Of a DNA stretch of 64,000 nucleotides, positions 9,690 to 19,575 are shown in pieces. The first letter of the stretch is position 1. Each line of letters starts with the position of its first letter. The translations under genes were made by a program, and so were the position numbers. The stretch lies in the NCBI GenBank assembly GCA_037128175.1, contig JBAXWY010000004.1, forward strand, positions 1 through 64,000, given 5' to 3'. The notes under the pieces are model-generated. The model made no database searches. It saw nothing but the letters and a program-made list of their open reading frames with translations, and had not been told where the DNA came from. The DNA comes from Methanothrix sp. GTDB lineage: Archaea; Halobacteriota; Methanosarcinia; Methanotrichales; Methanotrichaceae.

Positions 9690-10631
9690 CTATGGCTTCT
9701 TGATCTCTAATCCCTGCTTGATCTCTAATCCCTGCTTGATTTGCTCGCATATTTGCAGGTTCTTCAGGGCCTCTTGTGGCGTGACAGGGAAGCTCTTCTT
9801 GGTCTTGACACAGTCCAAAAAGGTCTTCAGCTCTACCTTTAAGGGCTCGACCTTGTTTACCAGGACCTTTTCGATGATGTTCTCCTGCATATACCGCTCA
9901 TTTTCCACGCCGTACTTGCCGGGCTTTCGGTATATGTAAACCTCCTGGGTCATGAAGTCGCCTTCAGCCGTAAAGTCCTCGGACTCGACATAAAATGTAC
10001 GAAACTTCTTGGAGGATAGACGGCTGGCGGAGATGGAGACCACACAGCCCGGGAAGACAGCCAGAGCCTCGCAGACGTTTGCGCTCCCGGCGCTGAATAT
10101 CTTGTAGTCGCATTCGCCCTTGAAAAGCACATTGAAAGCTATGTCGATGTCGTGGATCATGAGGTCCTCTACCACGGAAGCATCGGTGATGCGGCTTGAG
10201 GTGGGATTATGTCTCTTGATGGATACATAATCGGGCCGCTGTGCGATCTTTGTCATCTCTGCCACGATGGGGTTGAACCTCTCGATGTGGCCCACACCTA
10301 CGACCAGCTCTTTGCCCTCGATGATTTTTGCGAGCTGTACTCCTTCCTCCACGGTCAAAGTGATGGGCTTTTCAATCAGGCTGTTTATGCCGGCTTCGAT
10401 TACTTTTTTGGCCGTCTCGAAGTGGTAGCGGGTGGGAACGCAGATGCTGACTGCATCCACCTGGCCCAGTAACTCCGGCAATGATTTGCATATTGCAGCA
10501 AACTCCCGAGAACGCTCTGCGTTTTCGGTGACTGGATCATAGACATAAACGTTGCTTACTCCTTTCATTTCCGAGTAGACGCGCACATGATTTCGGCCCA
10601 TGGCCCCCACGCCGATGACTCCTACGTCCAT
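9690..10631 (-). CDS. Gfo/Idh/MocA oxidoreductase (WbpB-like UDP-sugar 3-dehydrogenase)
   Basis: VGVIGVGAMGRNH, EKP, VGHIERFNP, DLMIHDID motifs; operon context. Confidence 0.85.
   Translation of the reverse strand: MDVGVIGVGAMGRNHVRVYSEMKGVSNVYVYDPVTENAERSREFAAICKSLPELLGQVDAVSICVPTRYHFETAKKVIEAGINSLIEKPITLTVEEGVQLAKIIEGKELVVGVGHIERFNPIVAEMTKIAQRPDYVSIKRHNPTSSRITDASVVEDLMIHDIDIAFNVLFKGECDYKIFSAGSANVCEALAVFPGCVVSISASRLSSKKFRTFYVESEDFTAEGDFMTQEVYIYRKPGKYGVENERYMQENIIEKVLVNKVEPLKVELKTFLDCVKTKKSFPVTPQEALKNLQICEQIKQGLEIKQGLEIKKP
9699..9740. repeat. 18-bp tandem repeat in the 3' end of the oxidoreductase gene
   Basis: CTTGATCTCTAATCCCTG x2 plus a partial CTTGAT; encodes IKQGLE-IKQGLE-IK on the minus strand. 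Confidence 0.85.
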
Positions 10632-10634
10632 ACT

Positions 10635-11759
10635 TTAGGCCTCGAAGGAATTTATGGTTTGGGAGATGTACGCCAGGTCCTCTTCGCTGAGAGAGGGGTG
10701 CACAGGCAGGCTCAACACCTTGCGAGAGACGTCTTCGGATACAGGGCAGCTCTCATTAGTATAGCCCAGCTCCCGGTAGAGGGGCTGCTCATAAACCGCT
10801 TTGGGATAGTGAACGGCAGAGCCGATTCCCTTCGCCAGAAGATATTCCATCAGCTTCTCCCGGGAAGAAGCAAAGCTGTCCTCCACCCGCACCACATATT
10901 GATGATAAACGTGCCGAACGTTTTTCGCCTGGTAAGGGGTGCTGATGCCCTTGATATTGATGTTGTCGTTCAAAAACGCAGCATTAAAAATCCGCTTGGC
11001 CGTGAACTCCTCCAGCCGCCCTAGCTGCACGAGACCAATGGCCCCCTGCAAATTCATCATCCTGTAGTTGTAACCTAATGTGGCGTGGTTGTACTTGCCC
11101 GTGTCACCGTGGCTTCTCAGCAGGCGCAGACGGGCTGCCAAAGCATCATCGTTGGTGGTGATCATGCCCCCCTCGCCCGTGGTCATGTTCTTGGTGGGAT
11201 AGAAGGAGAAGCAGCCTGTGGCAAATGAGCCCACCTTCTTGCCCAGGTATTCTGCTCCATGGGCCTGAGCGCAGTCTTCTACCAGGGCTATTTTCCCATC
11301 CTGGCAGATCTCCAATATCGCCGACAGGTCGAAGGGCTGACCGTAGAGGTGAACGCCGATCACAGCTTTGGTGCGGGGAGTTATTCTTTTTTGCAGATCC
11401 TCGGGATCGATATTGAAAGTCCTCGCGTCCACATCCGCGAAGACGGGGCGTAGACCCTGATAGAGGGCGCAGTTGGCAGTAGCAATGAAGGTGAAGGCGG
11501 GTGTTATGACTTCGTCTCCCGGTTTTAGTCCCAGGGCCTTGATGGCCAGATCCAGGGCGACGGTGCCGTTGTTTACGGCTATGGCATTTTTCACGCCCAG
11601 ATAGCCGGCGAATTCATCTTCAAACTGCTTGACACTCTCGCCCTGGGCGAGCATGCCGCTTTTCAGCACATCACCTACAGCTTTAATCTCTTCGTCGCCA
11701 ATGATTGGCTTGGCTATGGGAATAAAGTCTCTCATCATCATTACCATTACTATGCTCAA
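10635..11759 (-). CDS. DegT/DnrJ/EryC1/StrS aminotransferase (WbpE-like)
   Basis: VHLYGQ, EDCAQAHGA, FSFYPTKNMTTGEGG, GYNYRM. The exact start among several Met codons is uncertain. Confidence 0.92.
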   Translation of the reverse strand: MSIVMVMMMRDFIPIAKPIIGDEEIKAVGDVLKSGMLAQGESVKQFEDEFAGYLGVKNAIAVNNGTVALDLAIKALGLKPGDEVITPAFTFIATANCALYQGLRPVFADVDARTFNIDPEDLQKRITPRTKAVIGVHLYGQPFDLSAILEICQDGKIALVEDCAQAHGAEYLGKKVGSFATGCFSFYPTKNMTTGEGGMITTNDDALAARLRLLRSHGDTGKYNHATLGYNYRMMNLQGAIGLVQLGRLEEFTAKRIFNAAFLNDNINIKGISTPYQAKNVRHVYHQYVVRVEDSFASSREKLMEYLLAKGIGSAVHYPKAVYEQPLYRELGYTNESCPVSEDVSRKVLSLPVHPSLSEEDLAYISQTINSFEA

Positions 11760-11786
11760 CCTTTGCCTTGAAAAGGTTTGTTATAT

Positions 11787-12992
11787 TCAGCCTTCTTTTT
11801 TAAGAAAGACCAGGCCCTTGTGAATGGCAGCCGGCAGCCCCCTAAAACCTGGCTCAATGACCGTGCCGGGATAGATCGAAGTATTGATCCCGGTCATCAC
11901 CCCTTCGCCCATGATAACGCCCAATTTGCGCCTGCCGCTATCTACCTTTTCCCCTTTGACGAACGATTTTATGGCCCCCTTGTCATGGCGCAGATTAGAG
12001 CAGACGGTTCCTGCCCCGAAGTTGCAGTTCTCTCCGATAACGCTGTCTCCCACGTAGGAGAGGTGCCCGATCTTGCTGCCGTTCATGATGGCGCTGTTTT
12101 TGACCTCCACGGCATTTCCTATGCGAACTATGTCGCCGATGCAGGTCGTGGGCCTAATGTAGCAGTTGGGTCCGATGTCACAGTCCTCTCCTATTATTAC
12201 CGGGCCCACGATGTAGGCTCCACAGCGCACGATGGTGCCCCGGCCCACGGCTACATTGCCCTTGATGGTCGCGCCGCTCTCAACCTCGCCCTCCATTTGG
12301 GGCTCGAGGTCTTTAAGCAAAAATTCATTGGCGGCCAGAATATCCCAGGGCCTGCCGATCTCCAGCCAGCTCTTGAGAGTGACGATTTTGATTATCTCCT
12401 GGGAAGCGAGCCTGTTCAGGCCGTCGGTCAGCTCGTACTCGCCCCGCTCTGATAGCGGCATAGATCGCATCGTCTCGAAGATGCTTCTCTCGAAAAGGTA
12501 GATTCCGGCATTGGCCAAATTGGAGGGCGGATTGGCACTCTTCTCGACCACGCATTTGAAGTAACCGTTCTCCTCCGTGAAAACCCCATATCTTTTGGGA
12601 TCATCGACCTTTATGGCCGAGACGGCAACGCCGCCTCGGGCCATCTCTCGCAGGGACGCCTCATCCGGCAGCACATCTCCGTTTAATACCAGGAAGCGAT
12701 CCTCCGCCTGGCTCGCGGCGGCCATCAGGGCGTGGCCGGTGCCAAGCTGTTTATCCTGTACGACGTAGTCGATCTGTAGATCCAGGCGGCTGCCGTCCCC
12801 AAAGTATGAGCGAACGCTATCGGCCCCGTATCCTACCACCAGCACGAAACGATTCGCGCCTGCACCGTGAGCCCGCAGGATGATATGCTCTAAAAGGGGC
12901 TTGCCGGCTACGGGCAGCATGACCTTTGGCATCTTTGCGGTCAAGGGACGCATGCGGCTTCCTTCGCCCGCGGCGAGGATTATGGCTTGCAT
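11787..12992 (-). CDS. glmU: Second bifunctional GlmU-like nucleotidylyltransferase/acetyltransferase
   Basis: AIILAAGEGSRMRPLT..PKVMLP, hexapeptide domain with HLSYVGDSVIG..NFGAGT..NLRHD. Confidence 0.88.
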   Translation of the reverse strand: MQAIILAAGEGSRMRPLTAKMPKVMLPVAGKPLLEHIILRAHGAGANRFVLVVGYGADSVRSYFGDGSRLDLQIDYVVQDKQLGTGHALMAAASQAEDRFLVLNGDVLPDEASLREMARGGVAVSAIKVDDPKRYGVFTEENGYFKCVVEKSANPPSNLANAGIYLFERSIFETMRSMPLSERGEYELTDGLNRLASQEIIKIVTLKSWLEIGRPWDILAANEFLLKDLEPQMEGEVESGATIKGNVAVGRGTIVRCGAYIVGPVIIGEDCDIGPNCYIRPTTCIGDIVRIGNAVEVKNSAIMNGSKIGHLSYVGDSVIGENCNFGAGTVCSNLRHDKGAIKSFVKGEKVDSGRRKLGVIMGEGVMTGINTSIYPGTVIEPGFRGLPAAIHKGLVFLKKEG

Positions 12993-13073
12993 GGATGTAT
13001 GGAAATATCTAGGTGGGTTAAAAATGCTTTGAGCATGATAATGTAGCTTGACTTATTGTCAACTCGAAAGCAG

Positions 13074-15668
13074 TCACTCCCTGGTTATATTTAGGTTCTG
13101 GACGGCCACACTGAGACATCTGCAATCGCTGCTGTTAAGCTCTGGCATATCACATGGCTTCTCGCAGCCTTCTGGCGAGCGGAATCCTATTAGATTTTGG
13201 CCCCTGGTCAGGCGGATCGGTTGAGTCTGATTTGCAAACTTTGTGGTAACGTTGAGCATGACTTCGGGAGTTGCTTCCAGGGAGAGCTCTAGAGATCTGG
13301 GCCTAGCAAAACTTAGGGCCTGGAAGCTTAAATTAGCGCTGCGGTTCTCGTCTGAATATACGATGATTTTTGCATCGGCATCCATCCAATGGGCAATGAT
13401 TCCGTTCCAGTTCTCTGGACCATGCCAGCCGGAGATAAACTCAATGACACTGCTTTCCTGTAAACTCGAATTATCTTTCCTTTCGCGTATCGCTAGATTC
13501 GAGATGCCCACGCTGAGACACCGGCCGTCGATGTTGTTAAGCTCTGGGATGTCGAGAGGCCTGTTGCAGCCTTCCGGCACATCGAAACGTATCTGGTTTG
13601 TTCCGCGCTTGAGATCAATGGGTATTTGCACAGCGATGGAGCTGGTGGGCACGATTGCCTTAGCCATGAGAGTATCCTGGTAGAATACCTGAAGGGTTCT
13701 CTTTGTATAGAAGCTCCGCACGCTGAAGCTTAGAATAGCCTGCATGTCCCGATCCGAATATATGGTTAGAGTTGCATTGCTCTTCATCCAGTTCGCAGGC
13801 AAGCCATTCCACAGTTCCATCTGATGCCAGCCTTCCGTCTTATCAAAGCCGTAGAAGGATGCGTTTTCCTTGATTATCGTCGGTTTGTATAACAGATAAC
13901 CCTTCGTAGAGAATGCTAGAGACGGATAAGGCAGTATCTTTGAGGATATTATGTAGCTGACATTCCTGGCATAATCTGAGTATACACCGGAGGGGTCTTC
14001 AGCAGTGTAATGGGTAACTACCTTTCCTACGGCCCAAAATTTAGTGAACGGCAACATAACCCGGTCTCTCATGTCGTCTTCCAGATCCATGAGTATCAGC
14101 GAGCCATCATTTGAGAACTGCTCCAGGTACGATCCGATCTGATTCTGGTCTTGGAATCCCTTAGAGGCAGCTAGCTCTAGGGGAATCGTATGTGCCGATA
14201 TAATTATTGATGATAATATAATAATTAATAAAAGGATTGGGCGGTATTTTCGATCATAGAGTGATAAATATAATCCTACTAAGAAAAGGGGCATGATAAC
14301 AGGAACTATCACCCAGGTGGGCATCAGCGATTCCAAATATCTCAAATAGAATATTGGAAATACTTCTTTATTTTTAGCAAACGGAAAAGTTAAGGAAAAT
14401 AGGATGCTTGTGGCTAGATACACCATTATGAGTGCAGAAAATGCCTTAGATCTGTCCACAATTTTTTGCTCGCATATCCGATTCAAACCGATGAGACCAA
14501 ACAAAAATATTGCGGGAACTAGTGGATCGATGTATCGCCCCATGAGCTGAAAATCGTCTCGGTTGCATAAATAAAGAAGCGAATAACCATCCGGAAGTTT
14601 TTGCATCATCTGGTACATGAAGACGACCACGGCAATGACCAACGCTATGCTGGTGAATAAAAAATAAATAACTGATGATTTCAGAGCTTTGTTTCTTCTT
14701 AGCTCTGTCAAATTCTCATAATCGATGACATTCAGGGAAAAACCTCTAGCGATATTCAATACAAAAATTATAAATATTGTAGCAATGAGAAATATAACAA
14801 AATAAGAGGATATAATTAGGTACTCCAGTTCATGCAGGAGAAGCAAGAGGAAATCATTCAAAGAGCTAATATTAGTGAATATGTTGACAAAATCAATTGA
14901 ATAAGTCATGAGCTTATAAAGTTCATTCCCGATATAACCCCCAAAAATAGGATTATCGAGGACTGTTTTATAGATCAGTAAAGATGCAATGGCAAGAAAG
15001 AATGCCAAAAAAAGTTGAAATTTAGATAAAACCGTCAAATGCAGCCGATCATATTTAATATCAGAGAAAATGTAGTAGATAACTGATGCCGCCAAACCGA
15101 ATAGCATGGCGAAGCCGCTATGCTTGGTAAAAAAAAGCAAGATAACAGATAATACGGCTGCGGCAATCCAGAATCTGGTTTTGGTCCGGTAAGCTTCATG
15201 CACAAACCAGATGCTAAAGATGAATAAGGGCATGAGCAGATTTTCGCACATCAGAGTGAAGTTGTAGAGAACCAGGCACGGCAATATTGCAATGGCAATG
15301 GAACTTGCGAGGGCATAATCCAAGGTGGCGTACTGCCTTATAATCAAATACGAAGGAAATAATATTGATGAATTTATAATAGTAGTAATTACCAACATAA
15401 TATGATAAATCACAACTTTATCCGTTGAAAAAAGGTAAGCGAAAGATAACGAAAATGGATATAATATTGGAGAGCCAATGTAGTTGGAGCTCAATATATT
15501 TTCTGCCATCTTGGCATATAGCGTCTCGTCCTGAAAGATCCAGGGAGACTGGAACTTCAGAGATATGAATGACTTAATTAATACAATGAAGAGGAAAGCG
15601 AGAAGTAACCATAAATTTGGCCTGGCAGATGCAAAGATATCAATTATTCGAGATCTTAGACGATACAT
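13074..15668 (-). CDS. Polytopic membrane protein, GT-C (PMT/ArnT-like) glycosyltransferase candidate with duplicated C-terminal beta domain
   Basis: QDETLY acidic motif after the first TM, many TMs, two C-terminal repeats (GWH..E.WNG....WM...A...YSD...C..P.D.PELN..D.RCLSV...NL). Confidence 0.6.
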   Translation of the reverse strand: MYRLRSRIIDIFASARPNLWLLLAFLFIVLIKSFISLKFQSPWIFQDETLYAKMAENILSSNYIGSPILYPFSLSFAYLFSTDKVVIYHIMLVITTIINSSILFPSYLIIRQYATLDYALASSIAIAILPCLVLYNFTLMCENLLMPLFIFSIWFVHEAYRTKTRFWIAAAVLSVILLFFTKHSGFAMLFGLAASVIYYIFSDIKYDRLHLTVLSKFQLFLAFFLAIASLLIYKTVLDNPIFGGYIGNELYKLMTYSIDFVNIFTNISSLNDFLLLLLHELEYLIISSYFVIFLIATIFIIFVLNIARGFSLNVIDYENLTELRRNKALKSSVIYFLFTSIALVIAVVVFMYQMMQKLPDGYSLLYLCNRDDFQLMGRYIDPLVPAIFLFGLIGLNRICEQKIVDRSKAFSALIMVYLATSILFSLTFPFAKNKEVFPIFYLRYLESLMPTWVIVPVIMPLFLVGLYLSLYDRKYRPILLLIIILSSIIISAHTIPLELAASKGFQDQNQIGSYLEQFSNDGSLILMDLEDDMRDRVMLPFTKFWAVGKVVTHYTAEDPSGVYSDYARNVSYIISSKILPYPSLAFSTKGYLLYKPTIIKENASFYGFDKTEGWHQMELWNGLPANWMKSNATLTIYSDRDMQAILSFSVRSFYTKRTLQVFYQDTLMAKAIVPTSSIAVQIPIDLKRGTNQIRFDVPEGCNRPLDIPELNNIDGRCLSVGISNLAIRERKDNSSLQESSVIEFISGWHGPENWNGIIAHWMDADAKIIVYSDENRSANLSFQALSFARPRSLELSLEATPEVMLNVTTKFANQTQPIRLTRGQNLIGFRSPEGCEKPCDMPELNSSDCRCLSVAVQNLNITRE

Positions 15669-15746
15669 CTTGCATCAGCTCCTTTCTAATGACGCTTATG
15701 AGGATCAATCTATATATATTGTGGCACCAATCGATGCCATGATACC

Positions 15747-16736
15747 ATGGAACTTTTGATTTCTTTGAGCCTGCTGGTTAGCTTCCTGACGACCGGGATA
15801 ATTGTCAAGAAGTGGATTCGCAAAGCTCCTGAAATCGGCCTGGTGGGTCTGGACATGAACAAGCCGGGAAAACCTAAGGTCCCCGAGATGGGTGGGATCT
15901 GTGTCGTCTTCGGCTTTGTGCTGGGGGTACTGGCCTATACCGGCATTATGACTTTTTATTTCGGCTCATCTAAACATGTGTCTATTCTGGCAGTGCTCTG
16001 CACGGTGCTCATGACCTGCATTATCGGCATAATTGACGACATATCGGGATGGAAGATTGGGCTGGCGCAATGGCAAAAGTTCGTCCTCACCTTTTTTGCC
16101 GCCCTGCCCCTGATGGTGATCAATGCCGGCAATTCCACCATGAGTCTGCCGATCTTGGGCTCCTTCGATTGGGGTGTTATCTATCCTCTGCTGATAGTAC
16201 CCATCGGAATAATTGTAGCCTCGAATGCCTTTAACATGGTGGCAGGGTTCAATGGCCTGGAAGCCGGGATGGGTGTAATAATATTATCAGCACTATCTTA
16301 CTTTGCCTTTATTGGCGGAAAGCTGGATGCAATGATGCTGGCCTTTTGTATGATGGGGGCGCTGCTGGCGTTCCTTTGCTTCAACCGGTATCCTGCCAAG
16401 GTATTTCCCGGCGATACGATGACATACTCAGTAGGAGCCCTGGCGGCATGTGTAGCGATTCTGGGTGATATGGAGAAGATTGCCGTGATACTCTTCGTGC
16501 CGTATGCGGTGGACTTTTTCCTCCAGCTTCGCTGCGGATTTCATTTCGAGGCGTTCGCTAAAGTGAATGAGGATGGGAGCTTGGAGGTGCCGGATCATGG
16601 CATATATCACCTGACCCATCTAGCGGTGGCTGTGCTGAAAAGGGTGAAGCGGAAGGTTTACGAGAGAGATGTGGTGCTGTTCCTATATGGAATTGAGACA
16701 GCTTTCGTAGGATATGTTATTATTATATATTCGTAA
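15747..16736 (+). CDS. Polyprenyl-phosphate GlcNAc-1-P transferase (MraY/GPT/AglH-like)
   Basis: DMNKP...VPEMGG, GIIDD, NAFNMVAGFNGLE, FNRYPAKVFPGDT motifs. Confidence 0.9.
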   Translation: MELLISLSLLVSFLTTGIIVKKWIRKAPEIGLVGLDMNKPGKPKVPEMGGICVVFGFVLGVLAYTGIMTFYFGSSKHVSILAVLCTVLMTCIIGIIDDISGWKIGLAQWQKFVLTFFAALPLMVINAGNSTMSLPILGSFDWGVIYPLLIVPIGIIVASNAFNMVAGFNGLEAGMGVIILSALSYFAFIGGKLDAMMLAFCMMGALLAFLCFNRYPAKVFPGDTMTYSVGALAACVAILGDMEKIAVILFVPYAVDFFLQLRCGFHFEAFAKVNEDGSLEVPDHGIYHLTHLAVAVLKRVKRKVYERDVVLFLYGIETAFVGYVIIIYS

Positions 16737-16778
16737 TATTATTATAGATATGATTCATATCTGTTAACGAGGGATATT

Positions 16779-17945
16779 TTGGCTAAAAAGTTAGAGTCAC
16801 GTCTTTGCATTTCAATAATCGGCAACCAGGCCTTCTCGCTCCAAAACTTTCGCGGCCCGCTAATCGCGTATTTGGCTAGCAGAGGCCATGAGGTCTCAGC
16901 TCTGGCGCCAGACTACGATGAGACCATGCGCGCGGAGGTACGCGCTCTGGGCGCGATTCATGTGGACTATTCGCTCTCAAGAACTGGCATGAACCCCCTG
17001 CGAGACTTTGCTGATGTGCTTCGTCTGGCCATGCTTTTGCGCAAACGAAAGCCCGATATAACCCTGGCCTACGCCTTCAAGCCTGTGATCTACGGGACGC
17101 TAGCGGCCTGGCTGGCGAAGGTGCCGCTCCGGTTTGCTACAATTGAAGGGTTAGGCTATGTGTTTACGCCATCTGAGAATGCAGAGCCGTTCAGGCGCAA
17201 AATGCTGAGGGCCGTGGTCGTGCTGCTCTCGACTTTGGCACTCAGTCGAGCGGATCGCGTGTTCTTCCTGAATAAAGATGATATCGCAGAGTTTTCGGAT
17301 CGCCACATCATCTCCACCAATAAGGCCATCCTCCTGGGCGCAATTGGATTGGATCTCGATGAGTGGACGGCAGCTCCGTCCGTCACAAATCCTGTGACGT
17401 TCCTTCTGGCGGCGCGCCTCTTGCGAGAAAAGGGCATAGCGGAATATGCAAAAGCCGCTAAGTTGATAACGCAAAGGCATCCAGACACACGATTTATTCT
17501 GCTGGGCAGTTTGGACACCAATCCCGGTGCGCTCTCCCGGTGCGAGATTGAAGAGTGGACTGCGGAGAAAATCATCGAATGGCAGGGACACGTCCCAGAC
17601 GTGCGTCCCTGGCTGGCGCAGACAAGCGTCTTCGTATTTCCTTCTTACCGGGAGGGAGTGCCCCGCATCACACAGGAGGCGATGGCCATGGCACGCCCCG
17701 TCATCACCACAGACGCGCCCGGCTGCCGCGAGACTGTGATCGATGGCGAGAATGGTTTCCTTGTCCCGGTGCGTAATCCAGAAGCTCTGGCAGATGCGAT
17801 GGAACGGTTCATACTGCAGCCCGAGCTGATCGAGAGAATGGGCCGGGCCAGCCGACGAATAGCAGAAGAGCGTTTCGACGTTCACAAGGTAGTGGGTCGT
17901 GTATATGAAGTGCTGAAAAGCGCCAACAACAAACTGGGAAGGTAA
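16779..17945 (+). CDS. GT4 glycosyltransferase
   Basis: KPVIYG, ARLLREKGI.EY, PSYREGVPR..QEAMAMARPVITTDAPGCRE motifs. Confidence 0.92.
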   Translation: MAKKLESRLCISIIGNQAFSLQNFRGPLIAYLASRGHEVSALAPDYDETMRAEVRALGAIHVDYSLSRTGMNPLRDFADVLRLAMLLRKRKPDITLAYAFKPVIYGTLAAWLAKVPLRFATIEGLGYVFTPSENAEPFRRKMLRAVVVLLSTLALSRADRVFFLNKDDIAEFSDRHIISTNKAILLGAIGLDLDEWTAAPSVTNPVTFLLAARLLREKGIAEYAKAAKLITQRHPDTRFILLGSLDTNPGALSRCEIEEWTAEKIIEWQGHVPDVRPWLAQTSVFVFPSYREGVPRITQEAMAMARPVITTDAPGCRETVIDGENGFLVPVRNPEALADAMERFILQPELIERMGRASRRIAEERFDVHKVVGRVYEVLKSANNKLGR

Positions 17946-18043
17946 TATATAAGAATTTATATCAATTTAAATAATATAATAAAAAGTTAATATGGGCCTC
18001 AGAACCTTCTCCGCATTCAGCCTGGGAGCTAAAGGATCGTAGG

Positions 18044-18226
18044 CTAGCTTTGGCCGATGCTGGCACATGCCGCTTCACATGCCTCGCTGAAACTTCCCAG
18101 ACAGGAATCGTCAAATGTCGCCGCACCTTCATCGGTAATGAATGATTTGCATGCACCCAATACTCTTTCCTCAGCGGAGCCCCGCACCACAACAACCAGT
18201 TGTGGTTTCTTCCATTCTTTCTTCAT
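18044..18226 (-). CDS. RiPP precursor, family A (A1)
   Basis: MKKEWKKPQLVVVVRGSAEERVLGA-CKSFITDEGAATFDDSCLGSFSEACEAACASIGQS; leader shared with five paralogs. Confidence 0.85.
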   Translation of the reverse strand: MKKEWKKPQLVVVVRGSAEERVLGACKSFITDEGAATFDDSCLGSFSEACEAACASIGQS

Positions 18227-18287
18227 GAAAATCTCTCCCTTGAAATGATCTCAGTTACATAAGGCTACATTAGTCGCATGCCACTTT

Positions 18288-18306
18288 CTTATATATCTAT
18301 TTTATC
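18288..18306 (-). promoter_or_regulatory. Putative archaeal BRE/TATA promoter of A1
   Basis: Minus strand GATAAAATAGATATATAAG about 60-80 nt upstream of the start; a related motif sits at a similar distance before A2, A4, A5 and A6. Confidence 0.45.
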
Positions 18307-18532
18307 TACACGGGCCGGAGTATGTCTAAATCTCTTAAGCACAGTAATTCCTGGCATTCCACTGTGATGTAAGCCGATCGGAAGAGTACCCCCCTTTATC
18401 CACTCTTTTTGAGCATCAGATGAGGAACATAGCTCGGATTAACTCCGCGCCGAGGTCCTTTGCTTCTGTTCTATCTCACGGGCATTACAAAGAGCCTAAA
18501 GCCAAATGCCGCATGGCTAACTAAGGACCTGA

Positions 18533-19167
18533 GGGATAACGGGGATCAAACGGACGCTTGTAAACGTCCAGCACCAGTTCCATGTTCGCAACAAAGCTAC
18601 CATTTTGATCTGGCGGAATTATCCACTCCTCGCGTTGCCATGGTTTGATTTCGTTTTTTTTAAAACGCCACGCACCGTTTCGTGAGAAATGCTCTCGATA
18701 TAGTTGAGCTCGACAACCTTATCGGCTAATAACCTCAAAGACCAACGTGCGAATCCCTCGGGCGGATCACTGCAGCTTAATGCAATCAAATGGGCTTCGA
18801 AATCCCCATCTGTCTTTTTGGCATAAGTGCGACTGCTCTTTTTGTTGTCGAGTGCGACATCAATTCCATCCTCGACAAATCGCTTCTTGACACGGTCAAT
18901 TTTTCTCATGCTTATTTGCAGAACGCGAGAGATCTCTTCATTAGTCGAACGTCCTTTCTGATACTCGCCTTCATCGCACCCAAGCAGAATCAGCGCGTTG
19001 AGAATTTTTTGCGATTTTTGGTTGCCCTTGGATGTAAGTTCTCCCAGGGTTTTCCGCTCGTCTTCAGAAAGCGTCACAACGTACTTCTTCATATTCAATT
19101 CTCCCAGATTGATTATGAAGATAATATATTATATATACTTTGCGACATTATAATCTTGACGAGACAC
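18533..19167 (-). mobile_element. Truncated IS630-family element
   Basis: End sequence TA|GTGTCTCGTCAAG at 19167. OrfA 18619-19098 (HTH; RWSLRLLA...ISHETVR.VLKK). A8C slippery run at 18653-18661; the -1 frame reads KNEIKPWQREEWIIPP...FVANMELVLDVYKRPFDPRYP, then homology stops near 18533 before the DDE domain. Confidence 0.8.
18619..19098 (-). pseudogene. IS630 transposase N-terminal (HTH) part; catalytic part deleted
   Basis: KYVVTLSEDER..L, ILLGCD, CSDPPEGFARWSLRLLADK motifs typical of IS630 OrfA. Confidence 0.8.
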
Positions 19168-19349
19168 TAGCTTTCGCCGATCATGGCACATGCGTTGAAA
19201 CAACCTTCCTCGACATTTCCAACACAGGAAGAATGATATACGTTTGCGCTTGTACCGCTATCGCTTCTTTTGCATACAATCAACACACTTTCTTCAACAG
19301 AGCCCCGTTGCACGACAACCAGTCGTGGTTTCTTCCATTCTTTCTTCAC
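19167..19349 (-). CDS. RiPP precursor, family A (A2)
   Basis: GTG start; MKKEWKKPRLVVVQRGSVEESVLIV-CKRSDSGTSANVYHSSCVGNVEEGCFNACAMIGES. Confidence 0.85.
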   Translation of the reverse strand: MKKEWKKPRLVVVQRGSVEESVLIVCKRSDSGTSANVYHSSCVGNVEEGCFNACAMIGES

Positions 19350-19408
19350 GAAGATCTCTCCTTTGAATCTGATCTAATTTTTTCACTTACTCCGTTTGCA
19401 GCTTTCAT

Positions 19409-19424
19409 CTATATTTAAATTATC
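19409..19424 (-). promoter_or_regulatory. Putative BRE/TATA promoter of A2
   Basis: Minus strand GATAATTTAAATATAG, 60-75 nt upstream of the start. Confidence 0.5.
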
Positions 19425-19575
19425 CACGATGTTCGGTTGATTGATTGCAGGATATGCAAGATCTGATGAATATCACAACGGAAACTAACGCAAAGGAGAT
19501 AGGACTAGTACAGCCGGGCCTAATTAAAGCCATGATTGTGAGAGGATAATGTGCCTTTGTGAACTGCTGATCGTT

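Noticed and set aside
9699-9740. 18-bp tandem repeat as a phase-variation site
   Set aside because: The unit is in frame, has only about two copies and lies at the extreme C-terminus; likely neutral.
18361-18532. Possible end of a second IS (TCAGGTCCTTAGTTAG on the minus strand) at the IS630 truncation point
   Set aside because: No partner inverted repeat or recognisable transposase frame found by eye; cannot be supported without a search.
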